Source of the DNA: an uncultured Chloroflexia bacterium
Lineage (GTDB): Bacteria; Chloroflexota; Limnocylindria; Limnocylindrales; CSP1-4
Length of the DNA stretch: 23,327 nt
Reading direction: 5' to 3'
Assembly: GCA_963707215.1 (NCBI GenBank)
Contig: CAVPPB010000005.1
Span: 1 to 23,327, forward strand
Shown here: positions 8,847-16,316 of the stretch, piece after piece
Numbering within the stretch: the first letter of the stretch is position 1
Layout: each line of letters opens with the position of its first letter
The notes under the pieces: model-generated
What the model saw: only the letters and a program-made list of their open reading frames with translations
The model's database searches: none
What the model was told of the DNA's origin: nothing
Program-made: the position numbers and the translations under genes

Positions 8847-9539
8847 GTGAAGACGGACGAGACCTGGATCCCGACCGAGCGCGACCTCGACTACATCGAG
8901 GCTGCGGCGGGCTCTGTCCACCCGGTCCTGGCGGCGATCGAGCATGCCGCCGAGCCCGACGGCATCCCGATCCTCGATCGACCGAGCGGCCGGCTGCTCG
9001 GGGTGCTCGCCACCGGTCGCCGACGGGTCGTCGAGGTCGGGACCGCGATCGGCTACTCGACCCTCTGCATGGCGCTGGCGATGCCGGAGGACGGCACGAT
9101 CGTGACGATCGACCCCGATGAGCGCAGGACCGGCATCGCCCGGGGGTTCTGGCGGCAGGCCGGCGTCGCCGACGCGCGGATCGAGGTCGTCGACCGGCCC
9201 GGGCTCGAGGCCCTGGGCGTGGATGGGGCGCCGGCCGACCCACGGCTGGTGGGCCCCTTCGACCTCGCCTTCATCGATGCCCTCAAGCATGAGTACCTCG
9301 CCTACGTCGAGGCCCTGGTGCCCCGCCTGCTGCCAGGCGCGCTGGTCGTCGCCGACAACGTCCTGCGGAGCGGCCAGGTCAGCGGGGCGCGCGAGGCGCT
9401 CGCCGGCTGGGAGCGGGGCAACGAGGCGATCCGCGCGTTCGACCGCGCCATGCTGGCCGACCCCCGCTTCCGGGCCACGATCCTGCCGGTCGGCGATGGG
9501 CTTCTCGTCGCCGCCTTCCTGGGTGGGGGTCCCTCGTGA
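8847..9539 (+). CDS. SAM-dependent O-methyltransferase (Methyltransf_3, CCoAOMT/COMT-like)
   Basis: VVEVGTAIGYS (motif I), TID, FDLAFIDALK, LVVADNVL and ILPVGDGL. The start codon is uncertain. Confidence 0.9.
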   Translation: MKTDETWIPTERDLDYIEAAAGSVHPVLAAIEHAAEPDGIPILDRPSGRLLGVLATGRRRVVEVGTAIGYSTLCMALAMPEDGTIVTIDPDERRTGIARGFWRQAGVADARIEVVDRPGLEALGVDGAPADPRLVGPFDLAFIDALKHEYLAYVEALVPRLLPGALVVADNVLRSGQVSGAREALAGWERGNEAIRAFDRAMLADPRFRATILPVGDGLLVAAFLGGGPS

Positions 9540-10027
9540 CGAGTCCTGGCGATCGCTCGGAGACCGACGCTGCCACGGGCGGGGTCGACCCCGCGGCGGC
9601 CGGGCCCGCCGGCGGCATCCGCGTCCGCGTCCGGCTCTTCGCGATGCAGCGCGAGCAGGCAGGCACCCGGGAGGTCTCCCTCGTGATGCCTGTCCACGCA
9701 ACGGTCGAGGACGCCTGGTCGGCGCTCGTCGAGCGGCATCCGGTCCTCGCGCCCGGGCGTTCGGCCGTGCAATTCGCCCGCAACGGCGCGTACACCGACC
9801 CGGACACGCCGCTGGCCGACGGCGACGAGCTCGCCTGCATCCCGCCCGTCAGCGGCGGCTCGGCGGACGGTCCCGTGGCTCCGTTCCCGCCGCCAGGGCC
9901 GCCCGTCCGGCCTTCGTCGCCGAGCAGCCATGCGGGGTCATGGGGTCGGTCGCTCCCATGCGTCTATGCCCAGAGCCGACTGGGCCCACCGATGGCCTTC
10001 GCCCCAGCCATGACCCCCTGGGCATGA
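9536..10027 (+). CDS. moaD: MoaD/ThiS ubiquitin-like sulfur carrier with a 55-aa extension after the Gly-Gly
   Basis: VRVRLFAMQRE...FARN...LADGDELACIPPVSGG, with GG ending at 9859. GTGA overlap with the methyltransferase stop. Confidence 0.85.
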   Translation: MTSPGDRSETDAATGGVDPAAAGPAGGIRVRVRLFAMQREQAGTREVSLVMPVHATVEDAWSALVERHPVLAPGRSAVQFARNGAYTDPDTPLADGDELACIPPVSGGSADGPVAPFPPPGPPVRPSSPSSHAGSWGRSLPCVYAQSRLGPPMAFAPAMTPWA

Positions 10028-10545
10028 GCGCCGAGCGCACGCGCATCCTGGAGCTGCGAGCGGACCCGTTCGACGCGGCCATCCTGGCCCAGCTGGCCGA
10101 CCGGCTGGCGACGGACGAGGACGGCGCGGTCGTCGGCTTCCTGGGTCGGACGAGGATCACGGCCGGGACCCCAGCACCGGGCCAGGAAGAGGAGGCCCAG
10201 CGGTTCGCCGACGAGGCGGTGACCTCGCTCGAGTACGAGGCGCTCGAGTCCATGGCCCTCGGCGAGCTGGAGCGCATCGCCGAGGAGATCGCGGAGCGCT
10301 TCGCGGTGACCCGCCTGGCGATCGTCCATCGGACCGGCGAGGTCCCGCTGGGCGAGCCGAGTGTCGCCATCGTTGTCTGCGCGCCGCATCGCGGCGAGGC
10401 CTTCGAGGCCGCGGCCTATGCCATGGATGAGACGAAGGCACGGGTCCCGATCTGGAAGGCCGAGCGGTTCACCAGCGGCAAGGTCTGGATCGGCCAGCTC
10501 GCTCGCGAAGGGCCCGTCAACGAGGGACCGGAGGAACGATCGTGA
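10024..10545 (+). CDS. moaE: Molybdopterin synthase catalytic subunit
   Basis: GAVVGFLGRTR, LEYEA, HRTG, HRGEAF and DETKARVPIWKAE. ATGA overlap with the moaD stop. Confidence 0.92.
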   Translation: MSAERTRILELRADPFDAAILAQLADRLATDEDGAVVGFLGRTRITAGTPAPGQEEEAQRFADEAVTSLEYEALESMALGELERIAEEIAERFAVTRLAIVHRTGEVPLGEPSVAIVVCAPHRGEAFEAAAYAMDETKARVPIWKAERFTSGKVWIGQLAREGPVNEGPEERS

Positions 10546-11360
10546 AGGCCTACGTCAGCGTCGACATGGAGGGCCTCGCCGGGGTCTCGCACGCCGACCC
10601 GACCGAGCCGGGCAAGCCCGGCTACGAGGCGGCCGTCCGGCTGATGGTCGGCGAGACCAACGCCGCCGTTGATGGGGCCATCCGTGGCGGTGCCCGCGAG
10701 GTCGTCATCAACGACAGCCACTGGCACATGTACAACCTGACCCCGGTCGACCTTGACCCGCGGGCCACGGTCATCCAGGGCCGCAAGCCGTGGTCGATGG
10801 TCGAGGGCGCCGGACCCGATCGGGGATTCGACGTCGCCCTCTTCGTCGGCTATCACGCCCGGGCCGGCCACCCGACCGGCTCGATCGCCCACACGTACTC
10901 CGACGCCCCGGTCGAGGTCCGGATCAACGGCCGCAAGGCCAACGAGGCGGCGCTCAACGCGATGGTCCTGGGCTCCTGGGGGGTGCCCGTGGGCATGGTC
11001 GCCGGCGACGATGCCCTGGCCGAGGAGACCGAGGAGTGGCTGCCCTGGGCCGGGCGGGTCGTGGTCAAGCGGGCCGTGAGCCGGTACGCGGCCGCCTCGG
11101 TCCACCCGACCGTCGCCCAGCAGCTCATCCGGAACGCCGCCCACTCGGCTGTCGAGCGCGCGAAGAGCGGCGAGCTGGCGCTGCTCGACGTGGGGTCGCC
11201 GGTCGTCGTCGAGGTCGACTTCTGCGACGGCGGCGAGGCCGACATGGCCGCCATCGTGCCGGGCGCCGAGCGCTTCGACGATCGCAGCGTCCGCTACGTC
11301 GCCCCGGATCCGGTCGCCGCCTACCGAGCCTTCCTGGCGGGCATCCGGATCGTCGGGTAG
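10542..11360 (+). CDS. dppA: M55 family D-aminopeptidase (Bacillus DppA-like)
   Basis: MKAYVSVDMEG (DxE), NDSH, GYHA, AHTY, NEA and GDD show the zinc-ligand motifs intact. GGAGGA RBS and GTGA overlap with moaE. Confidence 0.92.
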   Translation: MKAYVSVDMEGLAGVSHADPTEPGKPGYEAAVRLMVGETNAAVDGAIRGGAREVVINDSHWHMYNLTPVDLDPRATVIQGRKPWSMVEGAGPDRGFDVALFVGYHARAGHPTGSIAHTYSDAPVEVRINGRKANEAALNAMVLGSWGVPVGMVAGDDALAEETEEWLPWAGRVVVKRAVSRYAAASVHPTVAQQLIRNAAHSAVERAKSGELALLDVGSPVVVEVDFCDGGEADMAAIVPGAERFDDRSVRYVAPDPVAAYRAFLAGIRIVG

Positions 11361-11382
11361 GCACGGGCGCATACTGGCGGCC

Positions 11383-12990
11383 ATGACCCACCCGCTCACC
11401 GGTCTCGACCGGCTGGCGGCCCTCGCGGAGCCGCTCTCGGGGGCCTGGTCGTCACGCGCGTTGGCCAGTACCACGATCGGGCGAGAGCGGGCGATCCTGC
11501 GCGCGATGGGCGTCGGGGGGCTCGATCGGGACGGCCTGCCGCTCGCCTGGTCGGTCGTGGACCGCTGGCTCGCCGGGATGCCCGATGGGCTCGGCGCCGG
11601 CATCGCCCTGCCGTTCGCGATGGCCGTACTCGAGTACGACGCACCACCCCAGCTCATCGCGCTCGACGTCGCCTCCGGGGCGATCGAGCTCGGGATGGAG
11701 GCGAAGCTCCTCGACGAGTCCGACCGTCGGGCTGCCGCGGAGGAGGAGGCCCGGGCACTCGAGCGGGCGGCCCTGGAGCGGATCGATGCCAATCGAACGG
11801 CTCGCGGCGAGCTCCTGGCGGTCCTCGGCGATGCGCCGCGCCCTGGCCTCGGCATGCGCCTGCGGGCGACTGCGACCAGGGACGCCCTCGACGAAGCCGG
11901 GATGCTGGTCCGGGGTGGGGTCGACTGTCTCCGGGTCCGGGTCCCGACGGGGCGGGAGCTGGCGATGCGGCTCCTCGACGTCGGGAACGAGGCCCGGACG
12001 GCCGCCGCCGGCCGGATGGCCGCGCTCGCCGACATCGACCCGGCATCCGGGACCCTCGGCGACGCCGGTGACGACCCGGCCGCCGTGCCAGTGGGATCGC
12101 AACGCGGCCTGGCGGCGCTCCGGGTCCGGGTCGACGAGCTCGCCGCCGAGCGCGGTGCGTACGTCCGCCTGGCGACCGCCGCTCCGGCCCTGTCCGCGCC
12201 CGAGCAGGCCATCGTCGCGGCCTTCGAGCGCGTCGATCTCGTCGAGGCGGACCCCTTCGCGGAGATCGTCGAGGTTGGCGTCGATCCGGACCGGGCGCTG
12301 GCCGACCATGCCGCCGCACACCGGATCCACGCACGCTCCGGCGCGCTCCTCTGCATCGGCGCCGGCCCACTCGTCGTCGCGCCCGACCTCGCCGTCGGCG
12401 TCCCGTCCGATCCTGCTACCCGCGCTGGCCGAGCCCTGGCGCTGCAGCTGCTCTCGGCGCGCTTCGCGGTGGCCAACGGGCTCGAGCCTCGTTCGATCGC
12501 GATCGGCGTCCTGCCCGGCTGGTTGACCGAGGAGGATGACCTGGCGGCCCGCGTCCTGGCGGAGGTGGCCGTCCGGCGGGCCCTGCTGGCCGACCACCCG
12601 GTCGTCATCGGCGGCCCCGGTGACGATGCTGGGCCGGGCCGCCGAGCGACCTGGCGGCACGTGGCCGCGCTGGCCATGGCGGCCATGCCGGGTTCCGAGA
12701 TGGTGCTCCACCCGGCGTCGGACGCGGCGGAGGCAGGCCTGGACCACCGGGCTGCGGCGCAGGTGGCGTCGGGCGTGGCCGCGGGCTCCGAGCAGGGCTC
12801 CCTGCGGGGCGTCGCCGAGGAGCACGCGAGGTCGACGATCACCGCCGCGGCCGACACGCTGGAGCGCCTCACGGCCGAGGGCTGGACGTCGATCCTGGGC
12901 CCCGGACCGGCCGAGCTGGTCCGGGCGGGCCTGGGCGCCGAGGCGGTCGCCGAACGAGCGGAGCGCCTGGGGCTCCTCGACGAGGCCTAG
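11383..12990 (+). CDS. Divergent lysine 5,6-aminomutase alpha subunit (KamD)-like TIM-barrel protein with a degenerate active site
   Basis: Colinear with KamD as I recall it: TTIGRERAILRAMGVGGLDRDGLPLAWSVVD vs TTVTVERAVCRLLGIDGVDTDEVPLPNIVVD; RIDANRTAR vs KIKNNRSIR; DELAAERGAYVRL vs DKVGAEVGKYIRL; LSAPEQAIVAAFERVD vs LCMPEIAAMGAIERLD. 535 aa, similar to KamD. Confidence 0.8.
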   Translation: MTHPLTGLDRLAALAEPLSGAWSSRALASTTIGRERAILRAMGVGGLDRDGLPLAWSVVDRWLAGMPDGLGAGIALPFAMAVLEYDAPPQLIALDVASGAIELGMEAKLLDESDRRAAAEEEARALERAALERIDANRTARGELLAVLGDAPRPGLGMRLRATATRDALDEAGMLVRGGVDCLRVRVPTGRELAMRLLDVGNEARTAAAGRMAALADIDPASGTLGDAGDDPAAVPVGSQRGLAALRVRVDELAAERGAYVRLATAAPALSAPEQAIVAAFERVDLVEADPFAEIVEVGVDPDRALADHAAAHRIHARSGALLCIGAGPLVVAPDLAVGVPSDPATRAGRALALQLLSARFAVANGLEPRSIAIGVLPGWLTEEDDLAARVLAEVAVRRALLADHPVVIGGPGDDAGPGRRATWRHVAALAMAAMPGSEMVLHPASDAAEAGLDHRAAAQVASGVAAGSEQGSLRGVAEEHARSTITAAADTLERLTAEGWTSILGPGPAELVRAGLGAEAVAERAERLGLLDEA

Positions 12991-13271
12991 TGGGCCAGGA
13001 CGCCCTGGGCGCCTCCCGACACCGCCGGGATGACGTGGACGACCGAGTCCGGGCGGACCGGCGTGGCGGCCGTCGCCAGCTCCCCGTCGACGAAGACGTT
13101 GATGTGCTCGCGGATGCGCGGTCCCGGCTCGACCAGGCGGTCGCGCAGGCCCGGAGCCGATCCGTCAAGCGCCTCGAGGAGCTCGCCGACGTCGCTCCCG
13201 ACCACCTCGACCCGGCGGGGCAGCGACGGGAACAGGGCGACGAGCGAGCGAGGCAGGTGGACGGTCGCCAT
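12987..13271 (-). CDS. MoaD/ThiS family ubiquitin-like protein with a 7-aa tail after Gly-Gly
   Basis: MATVHLPRSL...HINVFVDGE...VHVIPAVSGG-AQGVLAH. Its stop shares the CTAG at 12987-12990 with the convergent gene. Confidence 0.88.
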   Translation of the reverse strand: MATVHLPRSLVALFPSLPRRVEVVGSDVGELLEALDGSAPGLRDRLVEPGPRIREHINVFVDGELATAATPVRPDSVVHVIPAVSGGAQGVLAH

Positions 13272-13321
13272 CGAGGTCGTTTCGGCTGGCAGTCGTTCGA
13301 CGGCGGGACTCGTGGTCGCCG

Positions 13322-14407
13322 TCAGCCGACCGTGTCGTCGAGCACGACGACTCCGACCGACTGGATCGGTGGCAGGTGCTCGGCGAGCGCGCGCCAGGTG
13401 ACTCCCTCGTCGGCGCTGGCGTAGAGCTGGCCCGCGCTGGTCCCCACGTAGATCCCGGCGGGGTCCAGCCGATCGACCGCCATGCCGTCCCGCAGCACGC
13501 CGAGGTAGGCGTCCCGTTGCGGCAGACCATCGCCGTGGCGCTCCCACGACGCGCCGCCGTCACGGGTCCGCCAGACGGCCATCGCCGCGTCGGGGACGTA
13601 GCGACCACGGTCGTCGCCGTTGAGGGGCACCAGCCAGGCCGTCTCCGGGTCGCGAGGGTGTGCCCCGATCGGGAAGCCGAACCGCGACGGCAGGCCGTCC
13701 GAGATGTCGACCCACTGCCGACCACCGTCGTCGGAGCGGTACATGCCGCTGTGGTTCTGCTGGTAGAGGCGCTCGGGTCGGCCTGCGGCCATGGCGACCT
13801 TGTGGACACACTGCCCGAAGTCGGGATACGGGTCGGGCAGATGGCCGACCCGGACACCCTTGTTCCGCAGCTCCCAGGTCGCCCCGCCGTCGACCGTCTC
13901 GAGCGACCCGACCGCCGAGATGCCGACCCACATCCGGTCCCGATCCTCGGGGTGGGGCACGATCGTGTGGAGGCAGAGGCCGCCGTTGCCGGGCTGCCAT
14001 TCCGGGCGGCTGGGATGCTCACGGAGGCCGGCCACATGGGACCAGGTCACCCCGCCGTCGTCGCTCCGGAACAGGCCGGCTGGCTCGACTCCCAGGTAGA
14101 GCGCACCGTGCGCGGGCGCGACCTTCCAGGGCTTGATGATCGTCGGTCCGTCGTCGCCGTAGGTGAGTCCCTCCGACGAATGGGACCAGGTAGCCCCGAG
14201 GTCGTCGCTCCACCATGCCGCCGAGCCGTACCAGGGGCTCGCGCCGACGGCGACGATCCGCCGGGTCGCTGGATCGAAGGCGATGTCGAGGATGGGCCAG
14301 CCCTCGCAGGACGGGCCACGCAGCTCCCAGCGGTCGCGCCCGGCATCGCCCTCGAGGATGAACGCACCCTTCTTGGTCCCGGCCAGCAGGAGCACGCGTT
14401 CGGACAT
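13322..14407 (-). CDS. Cytoplasmic BNR/Asp-box beta-propeller protein
   Basis: Six Asp-boxes (SDDLGATW, SDDGGVTW, TVDGGATW, SDDGGRQW, TRDGGASW, SADEGVTW). Starts MSERVLLLAGTKKG with no signal peptide. GGAGGG RBS. Confidence 0.9.
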   Translation of the reverse strand: MSERVLLLAGTKKGAFILEGDAGRDRWELRGPSCEGWPILDIAFDPATRRIVAVGASPWYGSAAWWSDDLGATWSHSSEGLTYGDDGPTIIKPWKVAPAHGALYLGVEPAGLFRSDDGGVTWSHVAGLREHPSRPEWQPGNGGLCLHTIVPHPEDRDRMWVGISAVGSLETVDGGATWELRNKGVRVGHLPDPYPDFGQCVHKVAMAAGRPERLYQQNHSGMYRSDDGGRQWVDISDGLPSRFGFPIGAHPRDPETAWLVPLNGDDRGRYVPDAAMAVWRTRDGGASWERHGDGLPQRDAYLGVLRDGMAVDRLDPAGIYVGTSAGQLYASADEGVTWRALAEHLPPIQSVGVVVLDDTVG

Positions 14408-14452
14408 CGTTCCCTCCAGTGTGTCGGGAGAGGGTACCGCCTCCGTCGCTGC

Positions 14453-14459
14453 TACCCTA
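14453..14459. promoter_or_regulatory. Overlapping bidirectional -10 boxes
   Basis: TACCCT on + (14453-14458) and TAGGGT on - (14459-14454), both TANNNT, between the divergent BNR and M23 genes. Confidence 0.4.
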
Positions 14460-14536
14460 GCCGACCCAGCGCCCGACCCACGGAGCCCGCCACGGCGGTC
14501 CGGGCCGGGTGGCGCCTGACGGAGCCGACCCATCGC

Positions 14537-15685
14537 ATGAACCACCGCCCGCTCGTCACGGCCCTGCTCGCCCTCCCGGTCCTCGCCCTCGTCTACTTGC
14601 GGGCCGCGCTGCGCCCGGGTCCGGCGATCCGCCTGGGCGCGATCGTGGCGATCGGGGCCATCGCGTCGGCCCTTGCGATCTCGGCGACGACCACCGGATC
14701 CGGGCGCGCCGGTGAGGCTGTTCGCCCGGCCCCGGCGTCCGAGTCCTATCGGCCGGTCCCGGCGGCGGAGAGCCTGGGGGGCGCCTCGGCCGACGGCCCG
14801 ACGTCCGCCCGCGACTCGCTCGCCCTGACCCGCACCGGGGAGGCCTCCCATGTCCGTCCGCCGGACGACCGGACCGGAGAGGCGGCACTCGCTGCGGCCG
14901 CACTGCCGCCCCCCGGGGTCATCCGCTTCCGCCCGCGAGATGGCGCGACCGACGTGGATCCGCCGCTGGAGGTCTCGGTCCGCTTCAGCCAGCCGATGGA
15001 TCCGTCGGCTTCGACCGGTGCCTTCACGGTCGACGTCGATGGCGCCGCCTGGAGCGGGAACGCTCGCTGGGCGGAGGCAAACACCGTCCTCGTCCTGCGG
15101 CTGCCCAGGCGACTGCCGTTCGGCGCACCGGTGACGCTCGCCGTGTCCACCGACGCTCGCTCCTTCGACGGCAGGCCCCTCGCGCTCGCGAGCCGCTCGT
15201 CGTTCACCCTGGCGCCGCCACCGCCGACACCCACGCCCCGACCGGCCGCGACGCCCCCGCCCTCCGCGACCCCGCGACCGGCCGCGACCCCGAGGCCGTC
15301 GTCCTCCGGCTGGGGCTGGCCGCTCGTCGGCCCGCTCACCCAACGCTTCGGGGAATCCCTGACCAAGTACGGCTACCACCAGGGCATCGACATCGACGGG
15401 GACACCGGCGACCCGGTCCGGGCCGCCCGGACGGGACGGGTGATCCTCGCCGGCTACGGCGACAGCTGCGGCGGCATCCAGATCCAGCTCGACCACGGCG
15501 GCGGCCTCCAGACCTGGTACCGGCACCTCTCGGCCGTCTCCGTGAAGGTCGGCCAGCAGGTCGACCTGGGCCAGATCGTCGGCCGGGTCGGCAACACGGG
15601 CTGCAGCCTGGGCTCGCACCTCCACTTCGCGGTGCGGGCCGGCGGGACCTTCGTGGACCCGCTCCGCTACCTGCCGAGGCGCTAG
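14537..15685 (+). CDS. Membrane-anchored M23 family peptidase with an Ig-like (Big_5-like) domain
   Basis: N-terminal hydrophobic helices, then PRDGATDV...VRFSQPMD (Big_5-like), a Pro/Thr linker, WPLVG, HQGID (HxxxD), YRHLS and GSHLHF (HxH). Confidence 0.9.
   Translation: MNHRPLVTALLALPVLALVYLRAALRPGPAIRLGAIVAIGAIASALAISATTTGSGRAGEAVRPAPASESYRPVPAAESLGGASADGPTSARDSLALTRTGEASHVRPPDDRTGEAALAAAALPPPGVIRFRPRDGATDVDPPLEVSVRFSQPMDPSASTGAFTVDVDGAAWSGNARWAEANTVLVLRLPRRLPFGAPVTLAVSTDARSFDGRPLALASRSSFTLAPPPPTPTPRPAATPPPSATPRPAATPRPSSSGWGWPLVGPLTQRFGESLTKYGYHQGIDIDGDTGDPVRAARTGRVILAGYGDSCGGIQIQLDHGGGLQTWYRHLSAVSVKVGQQVDLGQIVGRVGNTGCSLGSHLHFAVRAGGTFVDPLRYLPRR
15214..15298 (+). repeat. Pro/Thr-rich linker with a duplicated TPRPAATP unit
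   Basis: PPPPTPTPRPAATPPPSATPRPAATPRP. The DNA unit cgaccggccgcgac occurs twice. Confidence 0.6.
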
Positions 15686-15739
15686 TCCCTCGACGAAGGA
15701 GCCCGACCAGGGGCGGCCGACGGGCCGTGCGGCGGGCGA

Positions 15740-16201
15740 TCAGAGGGTGGCGACCTCGTCGAGCTCGGGGTCCTCCACCACGCGGGCGCAGGTCGGGCAG
15801 TACCAGTGCGCTTCCAGCGGCGTCCCGCATGGTCCGTGGCGGAGCGTCTCCACACCCGCCGTGCGCCGAGCTCCCCAATCGGCGAGCAACCGCAGGGTCC
15901 CGGCGAGCTCAAGGCCGTCGGCCGTGAGGGCGTACTCCATCCGGGGTGGTCGTGTCGAGTAGGGGGTCCCCCGGACGATCGCCGCCCGCTCGAGCCGTCG
16001 AAGACGATCGGTCAGGGTGTTCGGGGCGATCCCGGGGACCATGTCGGCGAGCTCGCCGAAGCGCCGGGGTCCGGCGAGGAGCGCCTCGACGACGAGGAGG
16101 CTCCAGCGGTCGCCGACGCGGTCGAGCGCAGCCGCGAGTGGCGACGGCTCCGGGGCATCCGCCGCTGCCGCCGGCGCCTGGCTGCCGGCTGATGGGTCCA
16201 T
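15740..16201 (-). CDS. HxlR-family winged-helix regulator with a C-terminal putative zinc ribbon
   Basis: ALDRVGDRWSLL, RRFGEL, LTDRLRRLE and PPRMEYALT, with a C-terminal HGPC...CPTC. Confidence 0.9.
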   Translation of the reverse strand: MDPSAGSQAPAAAADAPEPSPLAAALDRVGDRWSLLVVEALLAGPRRFGELADMVPGIAPNTLTDRLRRLERAAIVRGTPYSTRPPRMEYALTADGLELAGTLRLLADWGARRTAGVETLRHGPCGTPLEAHWYCPTCARVVEDPELDEVATL

Positions 16202-16223
16202 GAGACCAGTGTAGCGGCGCGGC

Positions 16224-16252
16224 TTGCGCCATCCGCCACGTACTGCTAACTT
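16224..16252 (+). promoter_or_regulatory. Sigma70-type promoter for the S1C protease
   Basis: TTGCGC (16224-16229), 17-nt spacer, TAACTT (16247-16252), with an extended -10 TG at 16244-16245. Confidence 0.6.
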
Positions 16253-16265
16253 GCAAGTCGCAAGT
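16249..16265. promoter_or_regulatory. Inverted-repeat operator, probably bound by the HxlR regulator
   Basis: Perfect IR ACTTGC-N5-GCAAGT overlapping the -10 and start site. It also contains the palindrome ACTTGCAAGT (16249-16258). Confidence 0.65.
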
Positions 16266-16316
16266 AACTACCTGGAGCCGGCCCCGCCGCTCCTCCGCAC
16301 AGAGGATCCGATCCAA

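Noticed and set aside
7134-9539. 801-aa ORF (and the 526-aa ORF 7104-8684) as large fusion proteins
   Set aside because: The upstream parts are antisense or off-frame shadows of real genes. High GC makes stops rare.
10416-12872. 818-aa antisense ORF
   Set aside because: Ala/Arg/Ser-rich with no motifs, and fully antisense to the M55 and KamD-like genes.
13322-14407. Exo-alpha-sialidase call
   Set aside because: Asp-boxes are structural only. There is no RIP/FRIP motif and no signal peptide.
13322-15685. Fully overlapping 767/769-aa ORFs on opposite strands as dual-coding DNA
   Set aside because: Each is a real gene (BNR from 14407, M23 from 14537) extended by the antisense frame of the other. 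The BNR start has its own RBS.
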